NCBI RefSeq assembly: GCF_018977255.1
Contig: NW_024704768.1
Span: 248,001 to 312,000, forward strand
Reading direction: 5' to 3'
Source of the DNA: Callorhinchus milii
Taxonomy: Eukaryota
DNA: 64,000 nt
Numbering within the stretch: position 1 is the first letter of the stretch; each line of letters begins with the position of its first letter. A program made the position numbers and the translations under genes. Below the pieces are notes generated by a model. It had not been told where the DNA came from, searched no databases, and worked only from the letters and a program-made list of their open reading frames with translations. This document shows, in pieces, positions 51,220 to 64,000 of this stretch.

Positions 51220-51429
51220 CTGAAGCTCGTGGAGCCGCGCCAGTCCCTCGTGGCAGAGCAGGTCCCAGGCGGAGCGCGCGGCGCCGGGTCCGGGCATCTC
51301 ACAGAGGGTCTTCATGGCACTGCTCCTCTGTTTGTGGGTCACCAGGAACTGCACCGCCGTCTCCGCTATGGCCCTGCGGTGCGCGGGGCTGCGGGTGACC
51401 TGCCGTATGGCGCAGGACATCACTACCAT
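51220..51429 (-). CDS. CYP27B1: CYP27B1 (25-OH vitamin D 1-alpha-hydroxylase) exon 1
   Basis: MVVMSCAIRQ...KTLCEMPGPG...GLARLHELQ; Arg-rich mitochondrial targeting segment; TATA about 45 nt upstream. Confidence 0.9.
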
Positions 51430-51464
51430 CGCGAGGGGCCGCGGCGCACATCCCTCCGGCGCTC

Positions 51465-51665
51465 TCAGGGGTTTATATGGACCACACATTGGCTTCTCAA
51501 CCCAACTGGGCGGCGGGAGGCGGTTTGTCTGTGACTGGCAGCGCACCTGACCAATCAGGGACCAGCAGCCACATGAATACCTGACCCGAGCCAATCACAG
51601 GCAGCACTGGGCGGGGCCTGGCGGCCAGGAGGGGGCGCTGGTCCGCACCGCACCGACACGAGGAA
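51465..51665 (-). promoter_or_regulatory. CYP27B1: CYP27B1 proximal promoter
   Basis: TATAAA (minus) ~51473-51478; three CCAAT boxes (~51488, 51551, 51591); GC box ~51609. Confidence 0.7.
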
Positions 51666-53827
51666 CGGCCCAGAGTGGGAATGGGAGGGTCGGGAATCTG
51701 AAGTTAAAGTATAAATGGAAAGTGCAGCAGATCAAACGGCACCTGAGAGATTTATTTGGGTCCGAGTTTTGAGCAGAACTCAAAGCATTTATTTCGCTGC
51801 TGTCGGGTGGGCTGTTGCCCAGACCCAGGAACATCATCTCAGACCGGGACCGGACTCTCAGGGCTGTACCCTCCAACCCCACTGGTCAGCACTCACCATA
51901 GCTACAGGCAAACACGCAATTGGGAATCACACCTTCAGGCCATCTTCATCCAATGTCCAAAACATGTAGTTTCTCGTACAGATAACTAAACACTGATCAA
52001 AGGTCCAGGACTCTGAGGCTAATGGTGAAGTCCCAACTTTCACTGTGGCTGGTGGAGCAAACCCAGACCTGAGCAGTTCCCAGGCTGTATGGTTTAAAAA
52101 CAATCAAGTTGACCCATTTATCCTGAAACTCCAGAAGACATTAATTAACAATTTAATATGATACTCTAACCCATAATAACCCACTTTAAATTACCAATGA
52201 TACTTGATAATTCTCCATGAAATTCACTATTTCCTGGCCATTCAACAACAAAATGACATCTATAGAGCTCCTTTCACGTCGGGAGGATGTCCCAAAGCGC
52301 TGAACAGTCAGCTCAGGACCCGAGCATGGGGGGAGGGGCGGTGTAGGGGGAGGGAAGGCAGAGAGGTGGGAGGGAGACCAAAGGCACGGTTGAAGAGAAG
52401 GGTCTTGAGACCGGCCTTGAAGGAGGTGAGGGAGGAAGCGAGGCGAAGGGACCGTGAGATGGAGTTCCAGAGTGTGGGGGCAGAGAGGCTGAAAGCTCAG
52501 CCACCGATGGTAGGGCGGGTCAGGCGGGAGACATGGAGCAGACCGGAGCCCGCTGAATGGAGAGAGCGGGCAGGTTGGTAGGGACTATGCTATTTCTCCA
52601 GGGTTTATCTTCAGCTGGAAACACACTGGCCTCAGCAGCAATCACAGTGATGGAGCACAAACTAGGAATGGAAAACTACAATTGGAATCCTGCAATCGAC
52701 TGCAGAGCATTTTGCAATTCAGTGGCATAGATAACACTTTGCAGAAATGGTACATTACAACAGAGTTCTCCTAATCGAACTTTAGCACTCGATTTCCAAC
52801 TGAGCACAGAATGACGTTATGTAAAAAGCTCACATGCATTATAGACGTGTCCAGGGAAAAGTTCACATTTACTCAAAGGTCTTGACTCCAGGCTTGTCCA
52901 TGGGCTAATGGCAAAGCCGAGTTGGCAGGAAATTAGAGATTTCTCTCCAAAACTATTGGCAGAATTTATTTCCTGTGTATGTATTTCCTTTCTGTGTATT
53001 TAAGTCACAATTAGAGGGATGTCCAGGAGCAAACTTTAGATCATACAAGTATTGTAATAATCATTGCAGGAGTCCTGTAGCTCAGTGGTTAGAGCACTCT
53101 CCTCGCAAGCGAGAGACATGGGTTCGATTCCCGGCAGGGCGAAATGTTGGGCAAGTTTCCTTACTCCACACACCTCTGTTTAACAGCAATAAGTAGGAAG
53201 CCGGTTGCTAGTTGATTGGCTGATCACTTCTCTAGGGATAATAATTCCTTCAACAAAAAAAATTGGTCACTCAATCCACAACTGTCTGTGGGACCCTGCT
53301 GTGTGCAATTGCCTGCTGCATTTCGCCCACAAAATATATAGTCAATTCACTTTACAGTAGAGTCTGCAAAGCGCTTTGAAATGTCTCAAAGATGTGATAA
53401 ACCGCTATATCAAATACAAGGGTTATTATTTGATTATAATTTAGTATGAGCGCCTATAATGTCGACATTTTGCAAAGTGTCTCATAGGTATTTGTTCTCT
53501 AATCTGGTAACAATTCAGAGGCAAACCCAGATTATACAGCATGGAGATTAGAACTCATTGTGGTATAATCACACCATATTTAACAAACAAGATTTCAGTT
53601 GGCTGTGAAATAACAGAATCAGTATATTATAGCATTTGAAAGTTATTAAGATATCAAGATTCTTATATTCTGACTGTCTTACTTTTAGATACACTGTATA
53701 AATGAAGTGGTGATATCCTCACATCACAAATGTACATAGACAATAATGGCAAATATATATCTGCTAATCCATGACTCACGAGGATTATTTTTAGTTTAGG
53801 ACCTTGATGTGATGTTTTAGCAAGAAA

Positions 53828-55270
53828 ACAACAACAACAACAAGATTCCATTTATAGAGCGCCTTTCACGTCGGGAGGACGTCCCAAGGCGCTGGACAGT
53901 TGGGTCAGGACCCGAGCAGGGGGGGAAATGGTCAGGGTGAGGGAAGGGAGGGAGCGAGGAGGGGGTAGAGAGTCGAGAGGGGAGCTGAAGGCTGAAGGTC
54001 AAAGAGAAAGGTCTTGAGACCGGCCTTGAAGAAGGAAAGGGAGGAGGCGGCGAAGGCACTGGGGGATAGAGTTCCAGAGCCTCGGGGCTGAGAGGCTGAA
54101 GGCCCGGCCACCGATGGTAGGGCGGTTGGGGCGGGGGATGTGGAGCAGACCGGAGCCAGAGGAATGGAGGGTACGGGCAGGTAGGTAGGGGGATAGTAGG
54201 TCGGAGAGGTAGGAGGGAGCAAGGCCGTGAATGGCCTTGTAGGTGAGGATGAGGATCTTGAAATCGATCCTCTGGGGGATGGGGAGCCAGTGGAGGCGAG
54301 CGAGGGTGAGGGCGAGGGTGGGAGCGAGGGTGAGGGTGAGGGCGGGAGTGATATGGTCTCGGTGTCTGGTGTGGGACAGAGTTCTGAATGACCTGCAGCT
54401 TGTGGAGGAAGGTGCCGGGAAGGCCGGCGAGGAGAGAGTTCCCATAGTCCAGCCTTGAGGTGATAAAGGCGTGGACCAGAGTTTCAGCCGCGTGAGGGGT
54501 GAGGTAGTGCCGTAGTCTGGCAACATTCCGGAGGTGATGGAAGGCGGTGCCAGTTGTGGCGCGGATATGAGGGAGAAAGGACAGCTCAGGGTCGAAGAGA
54601 ACCCCGAGGTTCCTGATGGCTTTGAGAGGTGGAGAGTGCGGCCTTGGATGCTGATGCTGTCAGCGCCTGAGTTGCGGAGGCGCTGACGTGAGACAATCAG
54701 GAGGGCCTCAGGTTTGCGCACGTTGAGCTGAAGAAAGTTGTCTCTCGTCCAGGACTCGATGTCGGACAGACAGCTGTCAGGACATCGGGGGTCGTGGAGT
54801 TGAGGGTAGAGGAGGAAAGGTAGAGTTGGGTGTCATCCCCATACATGTGGAAGTTAACCCCATGTCTGCGGATGATGTCACCACAGGGGAAGCATATAGA
54901 GGGTGAAGAGGAGGGGGTCGAGGACAGAGCCCTGAGGGACACCGCACGAGACAGTGCGGGGGGTGGAGGAAAAACCAATCGTGGAAACGAAGTGAAGACG
55001 GTGGGAGAGGAACAACCTAAACCACTCAAGGACAGGACCTTGAAGGTTGAGGTGGGAGGACAAGCGGTGGAGGAGGATAGCGTGGTCGACTGTATCAAAT
55101 GCTGCCGATAGGTCAAGGAAGACGAGGAGGCAGAGGGAGCCCTGGTCACAGATGGTCAGGATGTCATTGGTGACCTTGACCAGGGCAGTTTCTGTGCTAT
55201 GGGGTTCGAATAATGAATGGGTGGAGAGGAAAGAGCGCAGCTAGGAGGCCACAACTCGTTCCAGGATTGC
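53828..55270 (-). mobile_element. L2 LINE, about 1.4-kb 5'-truncated copy with RT
   Basis: GVPQGSVLDP, HGVNFHMYGDDTQLY, LHWLPIPQRIDFKIL; (TTG)n tail; frameshifts. Confidence 0.93.
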
Positions 55271-56946
55271 TCTACACATTCTTCTCCCCATAAAAACTGC
55301 TACAGTCCCTATCAACCAACAAAATAACTTGCATTTATATAGCGCCCTTCACTTAGGTTAGTGCGCTGGAGCACTTGACAGTGGCAGAGACTGACACTGA
55401 GCCAGGGGGAGAGGGAGGGGGTAGGTGACTGTAAGCACAATCAAATAGGAAGGTCTTTAGCAGGGATTTGAAGGTGGAGAGAGATGGGGGCGGTTGGTCC
55501 CAAATATAATCAACTATTATATTTGTGATAAACTCCTACAAAAGGGTGTCAAAAGTTTCAAGCCACTTTGTACATTTGTCTCCCAGTTGCTGTAATAAAC
55601 ATGACGAATGCCTGTTTACAGTTAGTTATTGTCTTCCCTTTACGGATCTTTCCGATTTACAACACAGCAGTTTCGATTTAAAACTAGATGTGCCTAAAGC
55701 AGAACGGTGCGCTGACATGGTCTGTTACTAGCATAGGCTGGTGCTACATCTGGGTCCAAATAATCAGTAAAATCAAAGCATGCTGGAATCTTGGGCATTT
55801 TAGTTATACTGTATTTTACATTGGACCTGTATATCACCACCTTCACACCTGTATTCATCTGCTATTGGTCCTCGAAATCACTTTGCTTACTTAATACCTA
55901 GCCACAACAGCACAAAGTTCAGAGATACAGTAGTTCATACAATGCTGAGGAAAGGAATTTGTTCATATCTTCCTTTTTTTTCGAAAAAAAGTCATCACAA
56001 ATTCTGAGGAGCAGAGGTGAAGTTAAGAATACCATGTCACAAGCTGCAGAATTGCTCGATATTGAGAATGCCGCGCATACAGGCCATTTTTGGTCTTATG
56101 AAAAAATGTAATACTTAAGAGGAATAAAAATAATAACATACAACTATTCAAACAAACACACACATGCCCATTTGATTCATGCCAGTAAGGATCAATATGG
56201 TCGATTCTCAGAATCACCAGGATCCTTATGATGTTTAATTCAGTTATATCCGTAATACATTTACAGCAAAAAATATTCAGTTCACAATTAGTTTTCCCAG
56301 ATAACTACAATTGTAATGTCTCCAGAATTCACACTCCACTATGTGAGGGAAAATGATACAGCAATACTAGGCAGGACTAATAAGGAGCTCCACTTATGTT
56401 TGTCTTGGTGAGTCCTCACCTGTGCAACAGTTTGGAAGTGTGGTTAGGATTGAGGATCTTCTTAAAACTGAAGCACAGCCTCAACCACGTGAAGAATCTG
56501 CAGCTACTAAAATGAGCAGCAGTTATTGCCAAGGCCTGCCTTCTGCAGGATTTTCATATTGCATAACATTTTTAATGATATACCTCTCATTTATTGCTGT
56601 GGTTAAAATTCAAAATAGACACAAAGAGTAAATAAAAATGTCATTTGATGGCTACAGATTTCCAAACTGATGCTTTCACTGTGAACCAACACATCAAAAT
56701 ATCAACTCATTATGGTATAGCCTTGTATATAAAACTATCAACTCCTGGCTTTTCTTTGAAGACTCCGGATGGTATATTTTCCTTTTGATTTAAATAGGTT
56801 TAAAGATGTGGGACATTCTCTTCACACAATCTCCGCAGCCACGTGTTGTTTGTACATGTGTCCAGTTTGTTCCAATTTATGCATTTTTTTTACAACAGTC
56901 AGCAAGAAGTGCTGCTTTCAGGAATTTTCCTCTTCAGATTTCTGAC

Positions 56947-57063
56947 TTATGATTTTTCGTCAACCCGTTTAAACACAGCAGTGAAATTCTGACCTCTGTT
57001 CCTCAGCACCTTCTTGCCTTCCTCTGTGCATGCACTGAGACGCTCAACAATCACATCATCTTT
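56947..57063 (-). CDS. METTL1: METTL1 exon 6
   Basis: KDDVIVERLSACTEEGKKVLRNRGQNFTAVFKRVDEKS-TAA; total 771 nt = 256 aa. Confidence 0.93.
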   Translation of the reverse strand, partial: KDDVIVERLSACTEEGKKVLRNRGQNFTAVFKRVDEKS

Positions 57064-57386
57064 CTGGTGTTAAAAAAATAGAAAAAGGAAATTATTTCAA
57101 GTTGTAAAATGTTCTTGATTTATTTTCAAAAATGGTGGAAGGAAACAGTTGGGCTTCCACAAATACTGAAAATGCATCATAAAGCGAACAATATAGCGCA
57201 GGAAGATTCCTGAGCCCAAATTTCAGACTGGTTTCAGTTAATAGCATGCAGAATTTGGGAATTTCTTAAACTCACTCGTCTTAATTTGGAAACTGGTTTC
57301 CACAAGTCTATGAACACTATGGAAAATATGCCCACAAAAACATCCAAAACTCAAGTCTTCAAGAATAAAATTCTTCTAAGCTTCTA

Positions 57387-57503
<117 letters not shown>

Positions 57504-57790
57504 CTAGAAGAGAAGAATAATTATCTAAGGATTATACAACAAGGGGTTAAATACTGTTAATACAGAAACTCTCAGATGTCATGGATAAACTCTGACATGC
57601 AATGGCCACCCAGATTGAAAGCAAAGTCCCATAGACGTGAGGTAAATGACCAATTAAGATTCAGAATTATGGTCCCCCCCACCCCACAAGCTTCAGAATT
57701 AAAGAATGTGATTTGCATTTCTTTAAGAGTCCATTTCCAACATTTCATCTTTAATAAACCTAGCAATGGGGATAATGAAACCACAAATCA

Positions 57791-57979
<189 letters not shown>

Positions 57980-58155
57980 TCAGAAATGTTAAAACAATCA
58001 GTACATGAGCACTATCTTCAAGCTTAAAAGGTCTATTGCAAATAGATTGTTTAGCAACAACTCCCAACAAGAAAGAAAATTCTGCCAGATAACAGTTTAC
58101 AGTGTCAGGACACAAAGACACTAAACAATTAACTCTCTTATCCCAGTTGTTGTAC

Positions 58156-58340
58156 CTGCCCTTTTTGGAAGAAGTTTGGTAAATACTTCATTGCGTTGCT
58201 TCTGATGCAAGCGATGTTCTGGTACTTTCCAGGGTTGGAAGCTCTCAGAGAGTCAATGCGATCTATGACATAGTCAGATACCTTCACTCGGATTTCCAGA
58301 CCAAGCATCAACACATTGGGAAAGAGAGGAGATAACTCAA
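58156..58340 (-). CDS. METTL1: METTL1 exon 3
   Basis: [24 protein letters not shown]...[16 protein letters not shown]; 185 nt. Confidence 0.96.
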
Positions 58341-59986
58341 CTGGAAAGAGGAAAAGAATAAAATCAATACATCAATAGAAAGTGCAGGTTGTAAAACCCT
58401 GCTTCTGTACATTTTTATCCACATGGGGTATATATTTTATATCAGCCTCAAGTGCTGCCTGGCTGGTCCAGAATAAATGCACTTGACTGTTCTGTATATT
58501 GAGTGAGCTACCAATTAAAATCATTCCCTCAGCCTGTCCAATTTGCATTTTTCCTGCTCCAATTTTAATTTATTAATCTGGTCAAAGAAGAAACTGCAAT
58601 ATCCATGTTCCCCAAGGGAAAATCGCTCCTGTCCAATTTAATTTGTCTACTAAGCTTTGAAGCCTCAGATATTCCAGTCTTCTGATCACAGAATTGCTAA
58701 AGGAAACTGGCCAATCATTTTGTCACAACATACTCTATGCTGCAGTTATGATATATAAATTAAATTTAACTCAAAATCATATGTCTATTGCTATATCTTC
58801 ACATCACAAACTACAGCATACCCAGCGACATTCAGTTGAAGTGGATAAACTTGAGAGTAATGCATGAAAATAAATCCGATGTGAAATTTTGCACTTGGCA
58901 TTACTGTTGACTGATTTAAAATATTTCCAAGGAACTAATGGACACAGTTGTGTGTGTAACACACGGTTCCTGTCCTGAGGGTGGACATGAAGCAATAACA
59001 TCACCTAGTGGCAAAAAATTGGCACTTCAATAACACACATTCAAGGAAGTTATCCATGGAATCCCTGTATGTCATATTTTTACAGTTGATGAGTAGCAAG
59101 CAACACTCATCTTTGAATACAAGTACTAGTTTCCAAAGGGTCTTTCCATTAGTAAATAACCACAAAATAACACAACTTGGATTGATTAATCAGTTACAAA
59201 TACAATTCAGTGCAATGCAAACAAAAAATATTTGGGCAATAATTCTTAGTATTCCCCAATGCTCAAGGCGTTGAGCTGAGAATATGAAATTAAGCTCCTC
59301 AAATGTTTTTACGCATCACACTATGAAAACCTGGACTAGAGGTCCACATCTGAAGCCAAATCCACAATTTGTGCCCAGTCTTCAACAATAATCTGACATT
59401 TATTATCCCTTGCTTACAAGAGTTATTGCAACATTTTCCCAAGTGTCTGCAAATACATTCCATCAGTCACTTTGATTTTACCCTCTAGTTATGTATCCTC
59501 TCAAGTAAGCTATCTACGTGATGCAGTAACCTCAAGCTGCCAAACAAGAACACACAAGATTGAAAGTTTGGTCTTTGCATTCTTTATAAATTTACCACCC
59601 AAGATTTTCAGAACAATGACAAATTACATTTTATAGCACCTTTCCCATCAGGAGTATGTCCCAAGGCGCACTTGAATTGGTGGTTGGGATCAGGAGGGGT
59701 GGACGGCAGGGGTAAGAGGATAACCAAAGAAGAGACGGGTCTTGAAAGAGGCAAGGGAGGGGGCGAGGCGGAGGGATTGTGGGATGGATTTCCAGAGGGT
59801 GGGGGCAGAGAGGCTGAAGGCCTGCCTGCCAATGGTGGGGCTGGCAAGGCGAGGAACGTGAAGCAGGCCGGAGCCCGCTGAGTGGAGGGAGTGGGCAGGT
59901 TGGTCGGGGATTAGGAGGACGCAATACGATTTGAAAATGTATGCTAGCCTTCCAGCAGTATAGTAACTTTCGATCAACAGTCTTAC

Positions 59987-60153
59987 CTAGTAACCCGCCA
60001 TATCCACAACCTACGTCTGCAAATTCCACCCGAAATTGTGATTTTTTTCCAGTTACAAGATCTTTGCTATCAACATGATGGTTGTTTTCAGGGCGTGGTT
60101 TGAAGTACTCAGGGTAGTATTGAGACCAATCCATTCTTTCAGGGTTCACTGGA
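59987..60153 (-). CDS. METTL1: METTL1 exon 2
   Basis: PVNPERMDWSQYYP...VEFADVGCGYGGLL (SAM motif I); 167 nt. Confidence 0.96.
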
Positions 60154-61408
60154 CTTTATAGAGAAAACATATTAAGCCACCAGTTTGTGGGACACTGTAC
60201 AATTGGCTATCGCATTTTGCCCACAAAATTCAGTCAATCCACTTTACACTACATTCAGTGAAGCACTTTGAGACGTCTCAACAACGTGATAAGGCACTAT
60301 GTCAAATGCAAGGATTATTTTTATTACTATGCAGATATTGAGGTGTATCCAATAAACTGTTGCAAAATATGCACAAATTTTAACAAAGCTAAAAAAAATC
60401 TACCTAGCCTCAAAAAAATTGAGGATGCCATTCACTTTGGAAACCAATACATATTAGTGCCAGCATTAAGATCTCCGGGGTAATTGTCCAATCTACATAA
60501 AAGTCTCAGTCAAGCATATGACTGGAGCTTGACTATCCTCTGGGGGTGGGGTGGTAAGCGGGGTCTCCTTGGAGCTGAACTGGCTCCAGGATGACATGGA
60601 ATCCAGCCAGCCCTCTGTGATGGGTTCGGTAGTCCGGTTCTTGAGCCAGATAGGTCCGGAGTATTCCAGGGCACTACTGATGGCAGCACAGCCCAGCCTG
60701 GCTCATCGGCAGGGCCTGGAAGGGCAGACCAGTCACTGGGGGCAGTGAGTCATCCCACTCAGCTCCCCTTAATCCTGCAACCCAAAGCCCTAACGGATAG
60801 GGTGGTCCTAGCTGGACAACCACCGGGAAAGCTTGCCAGTCAGCAATATCAATGGATAAGCTATGTGGTTTTAGCTGGTTAGATTCCAGCAGTTACCCCA
60901 ATGCACACTATGGGGTCCCTCTTGCCAACCTGCACCTAATACAATAGGTAAGCAGAATGCGTTCCTCCAGCGAGCGAGAGAGCGTATTCCATTCCAACAA
61001 TCTATCTCTGGGATTTCCACGTGTAAGTGGGATGTGGGGAAATCTCAGTTCGGTTCGAAGACTCTTAAGCAACGGTGATGGGTTTCTGCACGTGTCAGAC
61101 ACCCGGCTGACAGAAAGAGTTTGGACTTAAGAATTAATTGACTCTCAGTGGTGGGGGGTGGTGATGGAGGAGGGGTGGAGCCTGAGAGACCGAAGCCCCT
61201 CTCTTAGTAATTATTTGGGGAGGACAAGTTTGCAGGGCTATGGGGAGAGAGCGAAGGGGGGGGGGGGGAGTGGGGTTGGTCAGGGCTATGGGGAGAGAGC
61301 GAAGGGGGGAGTGGGGTTGATTTGGAAGCTCTTTTCAAAGAGCAGCACAGACACGATGGGCCGAATGGCCCCCCCCTGTGCTGTATAATTCTGTGAAGCC
61401 ACACTCAC

Positions 61409-61494
61409 TACTGGAAGACATGATCCGCCATGGGGTTGGAGTGAGCACGCTGCCGGTAATAACGCTTCTGCGGTGCAGAGGCGGCCGCCGCCAT
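61409..61494 (-). CDS. METTL1: METTL1 (tRNA m7G46 methyltransferase) exon 1
   Basis: MAAAASAPQKRYYRQRAHSNPMADHVFQY; conserved RQRAHS motif; donor gtgagt. Confidence 0.95.
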
Positions 61495-61940
61495 CTTTGC
61501 GGGATCCTTTTTTCCGGATAAAAAAAGATATTAAAAAAACAAGAAGAGAGAGAGGGGAGTGCACACGGCGAGAGAGGGGAGTGCACACGGCGAGCGCAGA
61601 GAGAGGGGGGGAAAGAAATGCCGGTTTGAAAGTAAACCGTCACTCCGGCCGCGAGCGTCACTCTGCGTTCCGCGTGCGTGCGATGCGTGCGCGCGCATCC
61701 GTTGCTAGGGCGTTGCTGGCGGAACGCGTCATCAATCAACCGCGCGAGCGCCCCTTTCCCGCCCTCCCTCCCGTCCGCCAGGACCACGTGACCGCGGTGA
61801 GCGGCGGGGGATGGGAAAGCCGTCAACTGCGCCTCGCGGCTGAGGGCGCGGAAGTTTCTGGAGCAGCGAGTGGGGCGGTCAGTGCGGCGCGGCCAGGCCG
61901 GCGGTCACCGGCGGTCACCGGGGCAAGAGTCAAGTAAAGA
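61487..61940. promoter_or_regulatory. Bidirectional CpG promoter of METTL1 and a probable + strand partner
   Basis: YY1 motif GCCGCCATCTT over the ATG, NRF1-like TGCGCGCGCA ~61688, CACGTG ~61785, CGGAAGT ~61849; possible + donor CAA/GTAAAG ~61933. Confidence 0.65.
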
Positions 61941-62064
61941 TGTTCTTTCATTGTATTTATGTGCTGTCTATATACATATATATAACAATCCTTGAGTTTG
62001 ATACAGCGCTTCATCACGTCGTGAAAACGCCTCAGAGCGCTTCAGGGAATATATACAATCCTAG

Positions 62065-62815
62065 AATTATACAGCACAGGGGGAGGCCATTCGGCCCATC
62101 GTGTCTGTGCTGATCTTTGAAAAGAGCTTCCAAATCAACCCCACTCCCCACCCCCCCCATAGCCCCGATCAACCCCACTCCCCCCCCCATAGCCCCGATC
62201 AACCCCACTCCCCCCATAGCCCTGACCAACCCCACTCCCCCCATAGCCCTGACCAACCCCACTCCCCCCATAGCCCTGACCAACCCCACTCCCCCCATAG
62301 CCCTGACCAACCCCACTCCCCCCCGCTCTCCCCATAGCCCCGATCAACCCCACCCCCCCCCATAGCCCTGACCAACCCCACTCCCCCACCGCTCTCTCCC
62401 CATAGCCCTGACCAACCCCACTCCCCCCCGCGCTCTCTCCCCATAGCCCTGATCAACCCCACTCCCCCCCCCCCCATAGCCCGATCAACCCCACTCCCCC
62501 CCCATAGCCCTGACCAACCCCACTCTCCCCATAGCCCTGACCAACCCCACTGCCCCCGCCTCTCCCCATAGCCCTGATCAACCCCACTCCCCCCCCCCCA
62601 TAGCCCTGATCATCCCCACTCCCCCCCCCCCCATAGCCCTGATCAACCCCACTCCCCCGCTCTCTCCCCATAGCCCTGACCAACCCCACTCCCCCGCTCT
62701 CTCCCCATAGCCCCGCAAACTTGTCCTCCCCAAATAATTAACTACTTTTCTCTTAATTATTAGCAAATCGGCTTCCATCAGTGTTTCAGGTAACGCATTC
62801 CAGATCCCAACTACT
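62065..62815 (-). repeat. CR1 3' end with an internally expanded ~30-38-bp minisatellite
   Basis: Units CCCCATAGCCCTGACCAACCCCACTCCCC flanked by colinear CR1 tail sequence. Confidence 0.88.
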
Positions 62816-64000
62816 CCAATCAACAAATATATTGTAAAGTGTAGTGACTGTGTATTTAATGGGCGAAACGCGGCAGCCAATTGCACACAGCAGTTTCCCA
62901 CAGACAGTTGTGGGTTGAGTAACAAAATCACTGTTACCTTTTTTTTTGGAGGGATTATGACCCCTAACCTAACCCTAACCCAAAAATCGGTCTCCTACTC
63001 AATGCTGGGTAACCAGAGGCGTGTGCAGCAAGTAAACCTGTGGAAGGTTTTGCCCTGCGTGGGAATTGTACACAGGTCCTTTCGCCTGCGAGGCGAGTGC
63101 GCTAACCACTACACTACGGGACTCCCCCAGAGATTATACATAATAGGAAAAGGGGGAAAGTGAATCACAGGGTATCACAGCGCAGTACTATGGGGACCAT
63201 CAAGTTGGTGTTGGTATTGGTCTCCACATGAGGTCTAACCCTGCAATCTCATCTCACTCTCCAATCTCTTTACTATTCCTTCCTCTTTAAGCACGTGACA
63301 GCCCTGCTCAGTTGGTCACACTCTCGGCTCGAGCTCACAAGCTTCAGTGTCTCGTGGGGGCTTTGAGCTGACCCCACATTGTCCGATGGAGGGGTGATCC
63401 ATCATATGAGACGTTAAGCCAAGCTCCCAGCCTGTGCCCTGTTCAGGGGAAAATCAAACGGAGGGAGTTTCTCTTCACTCACTTCATGACTGTTTTTGAG
63501 AAGTTGCTGGGTGCAGATAAGCTGCTGCGTTTGCTTACAAAATGCAGTTACTGCACTTTAGAGTAAAAATTCTGTCAAGTAGTTTTCAACATCCTCCTCA
63601 CATGAAAATTGCTTTACCAACTGCAAGGATTATTGTTATTATTTATCCATTTTTTAAAAAAAATAATTGGTGGCTTTCATCACCCTGGTCCCCATGAGTT
63701 CCATTCACCACTACAGTGAATGTTGGAGATGTTATTGATAAAAGCTTAAGGTAGGTGGAATAAAACACTTGAGCAAACTCAATGAAACTGGGATACAGAA
63801 CTGTAGGCAATCATTAGGCACACAAAAACAAATCCTTCTTACTTCATCTTGGATGGTTTCCATTATCATTAGAGGTTGTTCAAGACATCCTCGCGCATAA
63901 AATATACAGTCGATTCACTTTACAGTATATTCTGTGAAGCGCTTTGAGGAGTTTTGAATACGTGATAAGGCACTATATTAAATGCAAGGATTATTATTAT

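Noticed and set aside
42499-51429. Alternative identity as CYP27A1, CYP27C1 or CYP24A1
   Set aside because: The nine-exon structure, motifs (VAGEFYKFGLEG, GNVTELLLAGVDT, INLQFxDR) and adjacency to METTL1 favour CYP27B1.
61940-64000. EEF1AKMT3 (METTL21B) coding sequence expected head-to-head with METTL1
   Set aside because: Only SINE/CR1 repeats and unassigned sequence are seen; no methyltransferase exon recognisable within the window.

Overview
Vertebrate genomic DNA. The repeat content (Deu-domain tRNA-SINEs, L2, CR1, Penelope-type fold-backs) suggests a cartilaginous fish, possibly a holocephalan; this is an inference. Four spliced protein-coding genes were reconstructed exon by exon with GT-AG junctions and consistent phases: NABP2/SOSS-B1 (-, ATG 9693), head-to-head with RNF41/NRDP1 (+, 17765-23769, 318 aa); CYP27B1 (-, 51429-42499, 507 aa); and METTL1 (-, 61494-56947, 256 aa). 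A tRNA-Ser(CGA) gene lies at 29053-29134 (-), followed by a CpG/E2F-rich promoter and splice donor with no recognisable gene body. Almost all other ORFs in the track are L2/CR1/SINE fragments or translations of G/C-rich minisatellites. Main leads: a fixed-spacing TALE(PBX/PKNOX)-NF-Y composite motif reused in three promoters and tandemly amplified at NABP2; the orphan promoter beside the tRNA; an overlapping uORF at RNF41; hammerhead-like Penelope fold-backs; and several minisatellites visibly born inside transposon copies.
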